A stretch of DNA of 64,000 bases from contig CAVTRY010000011.1 of NCBI GenBank assembly GCA_963737265.1, forward strand, positions 800,001-864,000. Direction: 5' to 3'. Positions 13,287 through 22,625 of this stretch are shown in pieces. The notes below the pieces were generated by a model, which was not told the DNA's origin, searched no databases, and saw only the letters and a list, made by a program, of their open reading frames with translations. The DNA is from an uncultured delta proteobacterium (GTDB lineage: Bacteria > Myxococcota_A > Polyangia > Fen-1088). How positions within the stretch are numbered: position 1 is the first letter of the stretch; each line of letters opens with the position of its first letter. Both the position numbers and the translations under genes were made by a program.

Positions 13287-14489
13287 ATGGTCAACGTTCT
13301 CGACAAAGTGCTTGGGGCGGCTCGCCAACTCGGCGCCTCGGACGTTCATCTCAAGGTCGGCTTGCCGCCCATCTTCCGGGTCAAAGGCGACCTGCGCACC
13401 GTCGCCAACGTGCCGCCGCTCACCAAGGAAGCCATCGAGGAATTCGGCTTCAGCATGATGAACGCTCGGCAGCGGGACATCTTCGACAAGAACTGGGACG
13501 TGGATCTCGCGTACTCGACCCAAGAAGGGTACCGCTACCGCGTGAACGTGCTTCAGCAGCGCGGCTTCATGGGCGTCGTCATGCGCCTCATCCCGCCCAA
13601 CGTGCCGCCCTTCGATCGCCTGAATTTGCCGCCCAGGGTGCTCAGCCTGGCGGATGAAGAGCGCGGACTGGTCCTGGTTACCGGCATTACCGGCTCGGGC
13701 AAGTCGACCACCCTAGCCGCCATGGTGGACTACATCAACTCGAACCGAGCGGTCCACATCGTCACCATCGAAGACCCCATCGAGTACGCCTTCAAGGATC
13801 GACGCAGCGTCATCAACCAGCGCGAGATCGGTTTCGACACCACGTCGTTCGCGCGTGCCCTGCGCGCTTCGTTGCGCCAGGATCCCGATGTCATTCTTGT
13901 CGGTGAAATGCGCGATCTCGAAACCACCGAAATCGCCCTCACCGCAGCCGAAACGGGCCACCTCGTGCTCTCGACCTTGCACACCGTCGACGCCGTCGAA
14001 ACCGTCAACCGCATCGTGGCGCTCTACCCGCCCCACCAGCAGGGGCAGGCGCGCCTGCAGCTTTGCGCGGTCCTCAAGGGCGTGGTCTCGCAGCGCCTGG
14101 TGACCCGCGCCGACAACCAGGGCATGGTTCCGGCGGTGGAAATTCTCATCAACACCGCGCGGGTCAAGGAATTGATCGCCGACGGCAAGCGCACGCGCGA
14201 GATCCACGAGGCCATTGCCACCGGTCGCGATCCCTACGGCATGATCAGCTTCGACCAATCACTCACCGAGTTGGTCAGGAATCGCTTCGTCACCTATGAC
14301 GAGGCCCTGTCCAACGCAACCAACGCCGACGATTTCGCGCTCTACTTTCGCGGTGTCAGCAAGGGCGGCAGCGCGGGAGCGGATTTCAATCCAGGCGCCG
14401 CAGGGAGATCGGGCTACACGCCAACCCCGTCCACCGCCACGCCGGGATCCGCCGGCGACTTCCAGATCGAACGCTTCAAGGACAAGTAG
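13287..14489 (+). CDS. Type IV pilus retraction ATPase, PilT/PilU family
   Basis: ASDVHL, GITGSGKST, TIEDPIE, RQDPDVILVGEMRD, TGHLVLSTLH. Confidence 0.93.
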   Translation: MVNVLDKVLGAARQLGASDVHLKVGLPPIFRVKGDLRTVANVPPLTKEAIEEFGFSMMNARQRDIFDKNWDVDLAYSTQEGYRYRVNVLQQRGFMGVVMRLIPPNVPPFDRLNLPPRVLSLADEERGLVLVTGITGSGKSTTLAAMVDYINSNRAVHIVTIEDPIEYAFKDRRSVINQREIGFDTTSFARALRASLRQDPDVILVGEMRDLETTEIALTAAETGHLVLSTLHTVDAVETVNRIVALYPPHQQGQARLQLCAVLKGVVSQRLVTRADNQGMVPAVEILINTARVKELIADGKRTREIHEAIATGRDPYGMISFDQSLTELVRNRFVTYDEALSNATNADDFALYFRGVSKGGSAGADFNPGAAGRSGYTPTPSTATPGSAGDFQIERFKDK

Positions 14490-14491
14490 CG

Positions 14492-15409
14492 CTATTTCTT
14501 CGCCGGCAGGTGGGCCGTGGCCTCGGCCAGCTTGGCCAGCACCTCGTCGCGCCGAGCCTCCGGCACGGAAACCCGCGTGGGCATCCCTCCGCCCATGCCA
14601 AACATCTTGACGAAATCCAGACCCGATTCGAAATCCGCGGCAATGGACAGCGATCCGGCATCGCGCACGACGGCCACCGCCGCTCGCTGCTGGCCGAGCA
14701 AAAGGAGCTCGGTTTTATCGTAGGGAAGATTGGATTTTGCCTCGACGTAGGCCACGTTTCCGTCCACGCGGTAGCGTTCGGAAATCCGCTGCGCTTGTTC
14801 GAGCAACGCATCTACAAGCCGAGCCGCCGCATCGATTTCCTGAAAGTGGTGCGGAGCATGGGTGTGCGCCAGCAAATAGTGCATGATACGCAGCTTGAGA
14901 TTTTCGTCGCGAAAACGGGCGCGAAGCGCGCGATCGATGCGCACGGCGATCGGACCGGGTGTTCCGCGACGCGTGTCGATGGCGCGCGCATCCTCGTCCG
15001 CGCCTTGGTAGGGCTCGATGCCGTCGAGCAGCCATTTTGCCCCGGAGTAGAGGCCATCGAGGTCGACGTGCATGGCAATGGTGTCGACTGGTCCAATGCG
15101 AGCAACGATATCCGGCGTGACCATCTCCGGACATCCGCCGTGCTCGGCCTTGGTGGCGAGCACGAACCGACTGTCGCCAGCGTAGTCAGCGTGGCGTTCG
15201 TGATCGTGGTGATCGACCCACGCGGCCAGACGCGATCCCAGGCCGTTGATAAAGGGCCGGGTGATGGTTTCGAAGGACGAACTCCCGGCTTCCGACGCGA
15301 AAGCGATATCGAGCACGACAACGCGCCCCGCAAGTTTTTCCGGCTTGGTCAGCGCCCGCGGCGTCAGAAATGCGAAGCGGGTTGCCGCCAGCTTGTCAGG
15401 GTTGTTCAT
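14492..15409 (-). CDS. DHH-like phosphoesterase family hypothetical protein
   Basis: VVVLDIAF, WVDHHDH, HVDLDG, C-terminal GGG motif. Start ATG 15409. Confidence 0.6.
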   Translation of the reverse strand: MNNPDKLAATRFAFLTPRALTKPEKLAGRVVVLDIAFASEAGSSSFETITRPFINGLGSRLAAWVDHHDHERHADYAGDSRFVLATKAEHGGCPEMVTPDIVARIGPVDTIAMHVDLDGLYSGAKWLLDGIEPYQGADEDARAIDTRRGTPGPIAVRIDRALRARFRDENLKLRIMHYLLAHTHAPHHFQEIDAAARLVDALLEQAQRISERYRVDGNVAYVEAKSNLPYDKTELLLLGQQRAAVAVVRDAGSLSIAADFESGLDFVKMFGMGGGMPTRVSVPEARRDEVLAKLAEATAHLPAKK

Positions 15410-15548
15410 CGCCTGCGGGAAGGATAGCCGGGCCGAGCACCGCGGGCTAGCACCGTCGGATCTCGTTGGCAGACAAATCGAGGCATGCGCGTGTCCCAAA
15501 CACCGTGCCGATCTGCGTGCCGAGCGGAATCGCCAACATTTGCCTAGC

Positions 15549-15576
15549 TTGACACGTTGGGGCCTGCCTATAAGAT
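15549..15576 (+). promoter_or_regulatory. Sigma70-type promoter for aglRQS
   Basis: TTGACA-16 nt-TAAGAT ~100 nt upstream of ATG 15674. Confidence 0.5.
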
Positions 15577-15673
15577 ACCCATCTCGTAGCAAAGATCCTG
15601 ACGACGACAGCTGTTTTCACCAAACCCACGGCGGGATGGCAAAGGCGAGCCCAACAGGCTCGCGGAGGATGAG

Positions 15674-16321
15674 ATGCAAGGATTCGCAAAGTTCCTAGAA
15701 GATGGCGGTACCCTCATGTACTTCAACCTATGCACCTCGATCATCGTATTTTCGATGATCGTGGACCGGTTGATCTTCTTCCTGGTGAAAAGCAGCATCA
15801 ACGCGCGAGCCTTCCTCGACCAGATCCGCAAGCTCGTGCTGGCGAACAATGTCGACCGCGCCATCAAGCTATGCTCGGCCACGACCGCACCGGTGGCTCA
15901 GGTGGCGAAGGCAGGCCTGCAGCGGATCCACCGCGGTGAGATCGCGGTCGCGCAAGCCATCGAAGAGTCCTTGGTCGACGTGACGCCGATGATCAAAAAA
16001 CGCATCCAGATTCTGTGGTCGCTGGCCAACATCGCCACCCTCATCGGCCTTCTCGGAACAGTCGTCGGTCTCATCCGAGCGTTCGGCGCAGTCGCAGCCG
16101 CCAAGCCGGAAGAGCGCAGCAACTTGCTCGCCAAGGGTATTTCAGAGGCGCTCAACAACACGGCCATGGGTCTCGGCATCGCGGTAACGTGCATCATTGC
16201 CCACGCTGTCCTCGGTTCCATGTCCAAGCGGCAAGCCGCCGACCTCGAAGGATTCTCGCTCAAGCTAGAGAATCTTTTGGCCGAATCGGCCCACTCCGGC
16301 GGAACCGCTCAGCAAAAGTAG
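15674..16321 (+). CDS. aglR: MotA/TolQ/ExbB proton channel subunit (AglR-like)
   Basis: ANIATLIGLLGTVVGLIRAF, GISEALNNTAMGL; followed by two ExbD/TolR genes. Confidence 0.8.
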   Translation: MQGFAKFLEDGGTLMYFNLCTSIIVFSMIVDRLIFFLVKSSINARAFLDQIRKLVLANNVDRAIKLCSATTAPVAQVAKAGLQRIHRGEIAVAQAIEESLVDVTPMIKKRIQILWSLANIATLIGLLGTVVGLIRAFGAVAAAKPEERSNLLAKGISEALNNTAMGLGIAVTCIIAHAVLGSMSKRQAADLEGFSLKLENLLAESAHSGGTAQQK

Positions 16322-16369
16322 GCTCCACTTGGGGCGAGCCAGATGAGCTTCTCATACGGATAAACAGCG

Positions 16370-16900
16370 ATGACGAAACGCCAGGTACGGTCTCGCATGC
16401 GGCATATGCGGGCGCAGTTCGAGGAGGCCGAGGAAGACACCGGCGAAATCAACCTCGTCCCCTACATGGACATCGTCACCAACATCATCATCTTTCTCCT
16501 CGCCTCGGTCATCAACCAGGTTCCCCTCGGGACCGTCAATGTCTCGTCACCCACCTTCGGTGGCGGCGCCGGTGGCGACAGCGCGCAGGAAAAGCCGGCA
16601 CTCAACCTCACCGTGACCGTCGGTACCTCGGGCTTCACGCTTGCCGGTTCAGGGGGCGTCATGCCGCCCATTCCCAAGCTGCCGACAGGCGACTACGACT
16701 ACCTGGCCCTCACCGCGAAGCTCGCCGAAATCAAGAAGGCATTTTCCGACGAGACCAAAGCCACCTTCAACGCGGACGCCGCCACACCCTATGACATCGT
16801 CGTGAAGACGCTGGATGCCATGCGCTACTATAAGGATGAAAAAGACCAGCGAGACAAAGAGCTCTTCCCGGATGTAGTCTTCGCGGCGGGCATACTCTGA
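16370..16900 (+). CDS. aglQ: ExbD/TolR family protein (AglQ-like)
   Basis: EINLVPYMDIVTNIIIFLL with conserved TM Asp; ADAATPYDIVVKTLDAMR. Confidence 0.75.
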   Translation: MTKRQVRSRMRHMRAQFEEAEEDTGEINLVPYMDIVTNIIIFLLASVINQVPLGTVNVSSPTFGGGAGGDSAQEKPALNLTVTVGTSGFTLAGSGGVMPPIPKLPTGDYDYLALTAKLAEIKKAFSDETKATFNADAATPYDIVVKTLDAMRYYKDEKDQRDKELFPDVVFAAGIL

Positions 16901-17475
16901 TGGCGACGGACCAAGTTCGAAAGTTTACGCCCGAGCAGGCCGCGCGGCTGGCGGGGAAGAAGGCGATTCGCAGTTATGCGCGCAAGCTGGCCGAGCCCGA
17001 GGATATCCACGACCTGAACATCACCCCGATGATGGACATGATGACCATCATTCTAGTCTTCCTGCTCAAGAGCTTCACGTCGTCCGCTGCCCTGGTCAAC
17101 CTCGACCAGAACCTGATGTTGCCCCCTTCACAGACGCGGCTCGCGCCCAAGCAGGCGGTGCCGGTGACCATCACCAAGCGCGTGGTCCTGGTCGAGGGCG
17201 AGGCCGTGGCGCCCATTACCAACGGGCGCATCGATCCACAGCTCAAACGGGACGGCGACAACGGCTATTACATCACGCCGCTGGTCGAGATGCTGTCCAA
17301 GGTCGCCCGTCGCGAGAAAAAGGTGGCGGAAGTGACGGGACAAAAATTCGACGGCGAACTGACTATTATCGCCGACAAGAACACGCCCTACCGTTTACTA
17401 ACCGAGATTCTCTATTCCTGTGGCCAAGCCGAATACGCCAACTATCGGCTGCTCGTCCTCAAGAGCCGCGAATAG
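16900..17475 (+). CDS. aglS: ExbD/TolR family protein (AglS-like)
   Basis: LNITPMMDMMTIILVFLLKS; ADKNTPYRLLTEILYSCGQAEY. Confidence 0.78.
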   Translation: MATDQVRKFTPEQAARLAGKKAIRSYARKLAEPEDIHDLNITPMMDMMTIILVFLLKSFTSSAALVNLDQNLMLPPSQTRLAPKQAVPVTITKRVVLVEGEAVAPITNGRIDPQLKRDGDNGYYITPLVEMLSKVARREKKVAEVTGQKFDGELTIIADKNTPYRLLTEILYSCGQAEYANYRLLVLKSRE

Positions 17476-17814
17476 TTCCGGCTAGTTCAGCGCCGGAAAC
17501 GATAGCGCGGAAGGACGCACGTTCCGGGGCAGCGACACGCCATGCTCACCGGGCTGGCCGACATGGGCGAGCGAGATTCCGGGCCAGCTCGGGCCGGCCA
17601 CCGTGAGCGGTCGCGGTAGCGTGAGCGACCTGCGGTCGCGGCTCGCGTGCGCGTGCGCGTGCGCGCCCGCGACCCGCAGAGCGCTCACACCCTCGCCCCA
17701 CGCTTTCCGCCTTCCGCGCGCTGCCCACGAACTCGCTCACGCCCCCGCTCACGCGGCCCGCGAACCGCCACCCGCGGGCCGGCCCTCCGGGCGGCCCGCG
17801 ATTTCCCGACGGCT
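17476..17814. repeat. GC-rich nested inverted repeats between convergent genes (REP-like or terminator)
   Basis: TTCCGGC-N9-GCCGGAA just after the aglS stop; GTGAGCG...CGCTCAC nested arms around a (GCGTGC)n core at ~17600-17755. Confidence 0.5.
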
Positions 17815-20085
17815 CTAGTTGACGACCACCAACTCGACGCGACGGTTCTTGACTTTGCCCTTGCCAAGGTTGGGAACCAACGGCTTCTTCGCTGCCATGC
17901 CGACGGGGACCACGCGCTCCGGCGCGATGCCTTGATCCACGAGATACTTGGCAACGGCCTTGGCCTGCTCGTCGGTAAGGGCCTGGGCCTCGGTTGCCGG
18001 CAAGCTGCCGTCCCAGTGAGCCTCGACGCGCACCTGTTTGATTTCCGAGCGGTTCACCAGGATGTCGACGACCTCGTCCAGCAGATGCGGCATTCCCACC
18101 GCCAACTCGACGCCGGACTTCTTGCCCGCCGGCTTGAAGGCGATTGCCTGCCGGAACTTGAACTTTCCATCCTGGAAGGTCACCCCGGCCACGGCCGGGC
18201 GGCTGCGCAGGGTGATGTTCACCGAATTCTCGCGCCCCTCGGCCACGGACAGTTGCACTTCCTTCGACAGATATTGATCGGCATCGACCCGCACGGCGTA
18301 CAGGCCCGACGCCACCGGTACAGCGAAGTTTCCCGACTCGTCCGACTTGGCCTCGGCGATTTGTGGACCGGCCATCTTGATGGAGGCCACCACGCCCTTA
18401 CCCGAGTCGTCGGTGATCCTACCGACGGCTTTGGCGGCTGGCGCACGAGGCGTGAGCGTCACCACCAGATTGGCGGTCTGACCGGCGATGACCTCGGTCT
18501 TGACCGAAGCGGTCTCGAAGCCATTCGCAACCACCAACAGCTCAACCGGCCCAGGCGCAAGCGGCACGCTCTGGAAGGTTCCATCGGTATCGGTCAGCAC
18601 GCGCGAATGCTCCCGGCCGCTCACCCCAACCACGGCACCTTCGATAGGCGTGCCCGCCGCGCTGATCACTCGGCCAGCCACCAAACCCTCCCGCATCAGG
18701 CCTTCCCTCGCCACCACCTTCTCGACCGGCACGTTGCGCGTGATGATGCGCGGGACCAGATCTAGTTGGTAGCCGACGCCGAAGAGCAGGTTCCACGGTG
18801 CGAGCGCCGGTCCGTAAACATAGCCAACGGACTTCATCGCAACGTCCAGCCCGACTGTCATCGTGAGACCGTGAAGCACTCGCGCCTGCACTCCCAGGGT
18901 GAGCCAGTGCTGGTCCCGGTTGTTCTTGCTGTTGGGCTGAGAATCAGCGATCACCTGGTCTGCGGTGCCGGTGAGATACTCGAAATGGTACTCCACTATT
19001 GGCCGCAATGAGAAGCCGTCGGCCAATTCCTCGAACGGCGCATCCGCGCCCAGGGCAAGTCGGAAGCGGTCTTCGGAAATGCCGTAGGCAAACCGGGAAA
19101 CGTACCGGGAAACGGCGGACGTATTGGCGGCGTTGTAATCAACCACATTGCCCGAATTGTCGATGTAGTAGCCGACATTCAGGTGAAGCCGCAGCGGCAC
19201 GTTTTGCGTCGCTGGCTTGAGATCGTAAGTTCCGATGGCATTGAGCCACACCGAGGTCGAGCTCGGAGAGAACGACAGACCGGTAATCGAGGACAGCATG
19301 CGCAGGCCAAACTCGCCACCGGCGGAAAAGCCGGGCGCGACCGGGTAGGCCAGCTTGGTTCCCAGGATCAGGTCACCGAAGGTCTTGATAAGCTCCGGGT
19401 CGGTGCGATTGGGCTCGGGCGTGCACACCTCGCCCGTGCCCGTCGTGGGATCGGGCCCGCACAAACGCCGATTCCGGTTCGCCGATCCCAGAACCGCGCC
19501 GAAGATCTCCCAATGTTGAATGGGCGTGATGCCGAAGGTCAGAGCCCCTTGCAGACGCGTGTCTTTGTCGCTCGTAGAAACGATTTGGTTCTGGGCCGTC
19601 GTTTCTTGTCCCTGAACCAAGACATTGCTCGCGCTGAAGAACTCGCCGTGCAGGCCGAGGCGGAGCTGGCCGACGTTGCCCGTGTCCGCCGAGCTCATGT
19701 GCAGCAGACCGACAGCGCCGCCGAGGCTAAGCTGGGGAATGAATCCGCGTTGCAGGTCATCGTTCTCCGATGTCGCGACCGCCGACGGCGTCTCTGCCGT
19801 CTCGGACGGCGCGGACTCAATGTTGCCGAAGGTCGCTGGTGGCGCGGCAAAGGGCATCGGCGCGGGTGCCGGTGCAGGCATCGCCGCTGGCGAGGGTATC
19901 GCCGCGGGAGCAGGTGCCGGCATCGCCGCCGGCGCAGGTACCGGCATCGCCGCCGGCGCCAACGCAGGGGGCGGCCAAGGTGTCGCGGGCGAAGCAGCCG
20001 GGGGCGGGCTGTACTGCGCGACCGCAGCCATCGGAATAAGGAAAACTGCGACGAAGGAGGCGAGGGTGGTCGGGTTGGTTCGCAT
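17815..20085 (-). CDS. Outer-membrane protein: Pro/Ala repeats, beta-barrel-like region, two carboxypeptidase-regulatory-like domains, OmpA-like C-terminus
   Basis: Signal peptide, PAPAAM repeats, GRVISAAGTPIEGAVV / GRITDDSGKGV, C-terminal AKAVAKYLVDQGIAPERVVPVG...NRRVELVV. Confidence 0.85.
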   Translation of the reverse strand: MRTNPTTLASFVAVFLIPMAAVAQYSPPPAASPATPWPPPALAPAAMPVPAPAAMPAPAPAAIPSPAAMPAPAPAPMPFAAPPATFGNIESAPSETAETPSAVATSENDDLQRGFIPQLSLGGAVGLLHMSSADTGNVGQLRLGLHGEFFSASNVLVQGQETTAQNQIVSTSDKDTRLQGALTFGITPIQHWEIFGAVLGSANRNRRLCGPDPTTGTGEVCTPEPNRTDPELIKTFGDLILGTKLAYPVAPGFSAGGEFGLRMLSSITGLSFSPSSTSVWLNAIGTYDLKPATQNVPLRLHLNVGYYIDNSGNVVDYNAANTSAVSRYVSRFAYGISEDRFRLALGADAPFEELADGFSLRPIVEYHFEYLTGTADQVIADSQPNSKNNRDQHWLTLGVQARVLHGLTMTVGLDVAMKSVGYVYGPALAPWNLLFGVGYQLDLVPRIITRNVPVEKVVAREGLMREGLVAGRVISAAGTPIEGAVVGVSGREHSRVLTDTDGTFQSVPLAPGPVELLVVANGFETASVKTEVIAGQTANLVVTLTPRAPAAKAVGRITDDSGKGVVASIKMAGPQIAEAKSDESGNFAVPVASGLYAVRVDADQYLSKEVQLSVAEGRENSVNITLRSRPAVAGVTFQDGKFKFRQAIAFKPAGKKSGVELAVGMPHLLDEVVDILVNRSEIKQVRVEAHWDGSLPATEAQALTDEQAKAVAKYLVDQGIAPERVVPVGMAAKKPLVPNLGKGKVKNRRVELVVVN

Positions 20086-20260
20086 TCGTGGCTCCGGTTA
20101 GCGAGTCGAGGCCGTATGGTAGACGGGCTTTGGAAACGGCGCAATCGCCAGTTTCCGCACTTTGCTGGCTCAAGTCGTCAGTTAGTTACCCTCGTCACAC
20201 GTTTTTGCTCACCGGAACAGTTGAATTCTTGTTCCGGGCGTGGGAGTAAGTCCCGGCAGC

Positions 20261-21058
20261 ATGTCGTCGCCACTTGACCAGTTGACTGATGAGATTCGTG
20301 AAGTCGCTCTCCTCGTTCACTCGGCCCAGGAGCGGGCAGAGGACCGAGAGATAGTCAAAAGCGCCCACCTGGCCGTCGAACGCCTGTCGAAGCGCTACAA
20401 AGACCTCTCCACCAGCGGCCCCGAGGCCGAGCGGGAAAAGGTCGAGCGCAAGCTCGGACGCCGGGTGACCGATCTGCGGCGACTGGCGTCGATGCTTCCA
20501 CGCATCGGCTCGATTGCCAGCGAGCACACGGGAGACCAGGCGAGTGCCGGGCCATCGCAAGTGCAAGAGCGCCGTATTACCGGCGTTTCGTGGCGAAGCG
20601 AGGCACCCCTCGGCGCGGCCCTTCGCCCTGCCCTGCGCGTGGGCGGCGAAATCGACGGCTGGTGTGGCCCGTGCGAAAGCCTCACCACCCACCACATTAT
20701 CGCCATGGTGGGCGACACACCGAAACAGGTGGTCTGCCAGGCCTGCGGAGGCCGCCACGGGTATCGAACGACGCCTGCGCGCAGAGTTGTAAGCGAAAGC
20801 GAAAACACGCCCGTGGCGACGCCCAGGGAAACCGACGCTTCGCGCAGGGCGGAGCAGAAAGCCACGGAATTGCGCGTCCTCGGCCAAGAGCTTGCCGAAG
20901 CCACCACCGTTCGGGTATTCAGTGCGCGCGAGCGATTCAAAGTGGGAGAGGTCATCTCCCATCCCGAATACGGCCGCGGCAAGGTCGAAACCGTTCTGCG
21001 CTCCAGCCTGCTCGTGCGCTTCCCCAATGGCGGACTCAAGTCGCTGATGTTGTCCTAA
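20261..21058 (+). CDS. Hypothetical protein: helical N-terminus, Zn-ribbon (CGPC...CQAC), SH3/tudor-like C-terminus
   Basis: Two CxxC motifs; FKVGEVISHPEYGRGKVETV resembles UvrD/PcrA C-terminal tudor-like domains. Confidence 0.7.
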   Translation: MSSPLDQLTDEIREVALLVHSAQERAEDREIVKSAHLAVERLSKRYKDLSTSGPEAEREKVERKLGRRVTDLRRLASMLPRIGSIASEHTGDQASAGPSQVQERRITGVSWRSEAPLGAALRPALRVGGEIDGWCGPCESLTTHHIIAMVGDTPKQVVCQACGGRHGYRTTPARRVVSESENTPVATPRETDASRRAEQKATELRVLGQELAEATTVRVFSARERFKVGEVISHPEYGRGKVETVLRSSLLVRFPNGGLKSLMLS

Positions 21059-21112
21059 CCATTCCTTGCTAGGAGACCAAGCTTAGGGAAGGATCGGCCG
21101 GTAAGGATCCGC

Positions 21113-22570
21113 ATGGCTTCACCGGACGAAACGTATATCCACGCGCCCGGCGCTCCCTCCCGGTTGCGCACGTCGATCCTGGTCGTCGACGACGACGCCG
21201 ACATGCGCGAGTGGGTCAAGGAGGATCTCGAGCGCGAGGGTTTTGTGGTCGAGACCGCAGCGGGTGGACGGGCGGGCGTCGCGCGCGTGAAAGCGGGCGG
21301 CATCGACCTGGTGGTTTCAGACGTGAAGATGCCCGACCTCGACGGCTTGGACCTGCTGCGCGAAGTGCGCGAGGTCGAGCCGTCGCCCTTCGTCATCATC
21401 GTCACGGGCTTCGGCTCCATCGACACCGCCATTCGAGCGGTAAAGCTCGGTGCCTGCGACTACATCACCAAGCCCTTCAAAATCGACCAGCTCCTCCTCA
21501 GTATCGACAAGGCGCTGGCGGAACGTGCCCTGCGTTCCGAGGTCAGCCGCCTGCGCGAAGAAGTCAGCCGACGTGATCGCCTGGACAACATCATCGGACG
21601 ATCGGCGGCGATGCAGGAAATCTTCGCGCTCATCCGCCGCGTGTCGGCGTCCCACGCCAATGTGCTGGTGACCGGCGAATCGGGCACCGGCAAAGAACTG
21701 GTGGCGCGCGCCCTGCACGCCCACGGTTCGCGCCAAAGCCGCCCCTTCGTCGCCTTGAACTGCGCGGCCATCCCGGAGAATCTCCTCGAAAGCGAGCTCT
21801 TCGGCTACGCGCGCGGCGCACATTCGACGGCGCGCACCGATCGCCAAGGATTGTTCGTCGAAGCCAACGGTGGAACCTTGTTTCTCGACGAAATCGCCGA
21901 GCTTCCCCTGCCCTTGCAGCCCAAGCTGCTGCGCGTTCTGCAAGATGGCGAAGTGCGGCCGCTCGGTATGAATCGGGCCGAACGCGTCGACGTGCGCATC
22001 ATCGCCGCCACCAACCGCGACCTCGAACGCCAGCTCCGCGACGGCCGCTTCCGCGAGGATCTCTACTACCGCCTCAACGTGATTCAGATCCACCTACCCC
22101 CCCTGCGCGGTCGCCAGGAAGACATCCTCGCCCTGGCCGATCACTTTCTCGCCCGCTCGGTCCAGAGGTCGACCAAGCCCGTTGGTGGCTGGAAGGAAAG
22201 TGCCAAGAAGATCCTGCTTGGCTACCAGTGGCCGGGAAATGTGCGCGAATTGGAAAACATCGTCGAGCGCGCCGTGGCCCTTACCGAGAGCGACCTCATC
22301 GGCCCCGACGATCTGCCGCCCTCGATGCAAGAGCGCAAAAGCCAGGATCGCATCGCCACAGCCATCGCCCGGGGATTCACCCTCGACCAGCTTGAGCGCG
22401 AATACATCGAGCGCGTGCTTGAGGCGGAAGGCGGCAATAAGACGCGTGCGGCGCAGCGCCTGGGGCTCGATCGGAAGACGCTCTACCGAAAGCTGGAAGA
22501 ATACGCCGCCTCGCCCAAAGGTGAAGACGGCGGCACGCGAGGAGCTGGTCCAGACGATGCCGGCTCGTGA
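21113..22570 (+). CDS. Sigma54-dependent response regulator (NtrC family)
   Basis: [15 protein letters not shown], variant loop [25 protein letters not shown]. Confidence 0.93.
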   Translation: MASPDETYIHAPGAPSRLRTSILVVDDDADMREWVKEDLEREGFVVETAAGGRAGVARVKAGGIDLVVSDVKMPDLDGLDLLREVREVEPSPFVIIVTGFGSIDTAIRAVKLGACDYITKPFKIDQLLLSIDKALAERALRSEVSRLREEVSRRDRLDNIIGRSAAMQEIFALIRRVSASHANVLVTGESGTGKELVARALHAHGSRQSRPFVALNCAAIPENLLESELFGYARGAHSTARTDRQGLFVEANGGTLFLDEIAELPLPLQPKLLRVLQDGEVRPLGMNRAERVDVRIIAATNRDLERQLRDGRFREDLYYRLNVIQIHLPPLRGRQEDILALADHFLARSVQRSTKPVGGWKESAKKILLGYQWPGNVRELENIVERAVALTESDLIGPDDLPPSMQERKSQDRIATAIARGFTLDQLEREYIERVLEAEGGNKTRAAQRLGLDRKTLYRKLEEYAASPKGEDGGTRGAGPDDAGS

Positions 22571-22625
22571 GCCGCGCAAGGACTGCGTAGTCGACTGGCG
22601 CGCGCCGTTGTCGTAGAAGACGATC

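Noticed and set aside
15495-15512. Sigma54-like site CGGCACGGTGTTTGG upstream of the DHH gene
   Set aside because: The -12 element is GG rather than the conserved GC
19850-19965. DNA repeats in the OmpA gene
   Set aside because: Explained by the encoded Pro/Ala linker (PAPAAM)
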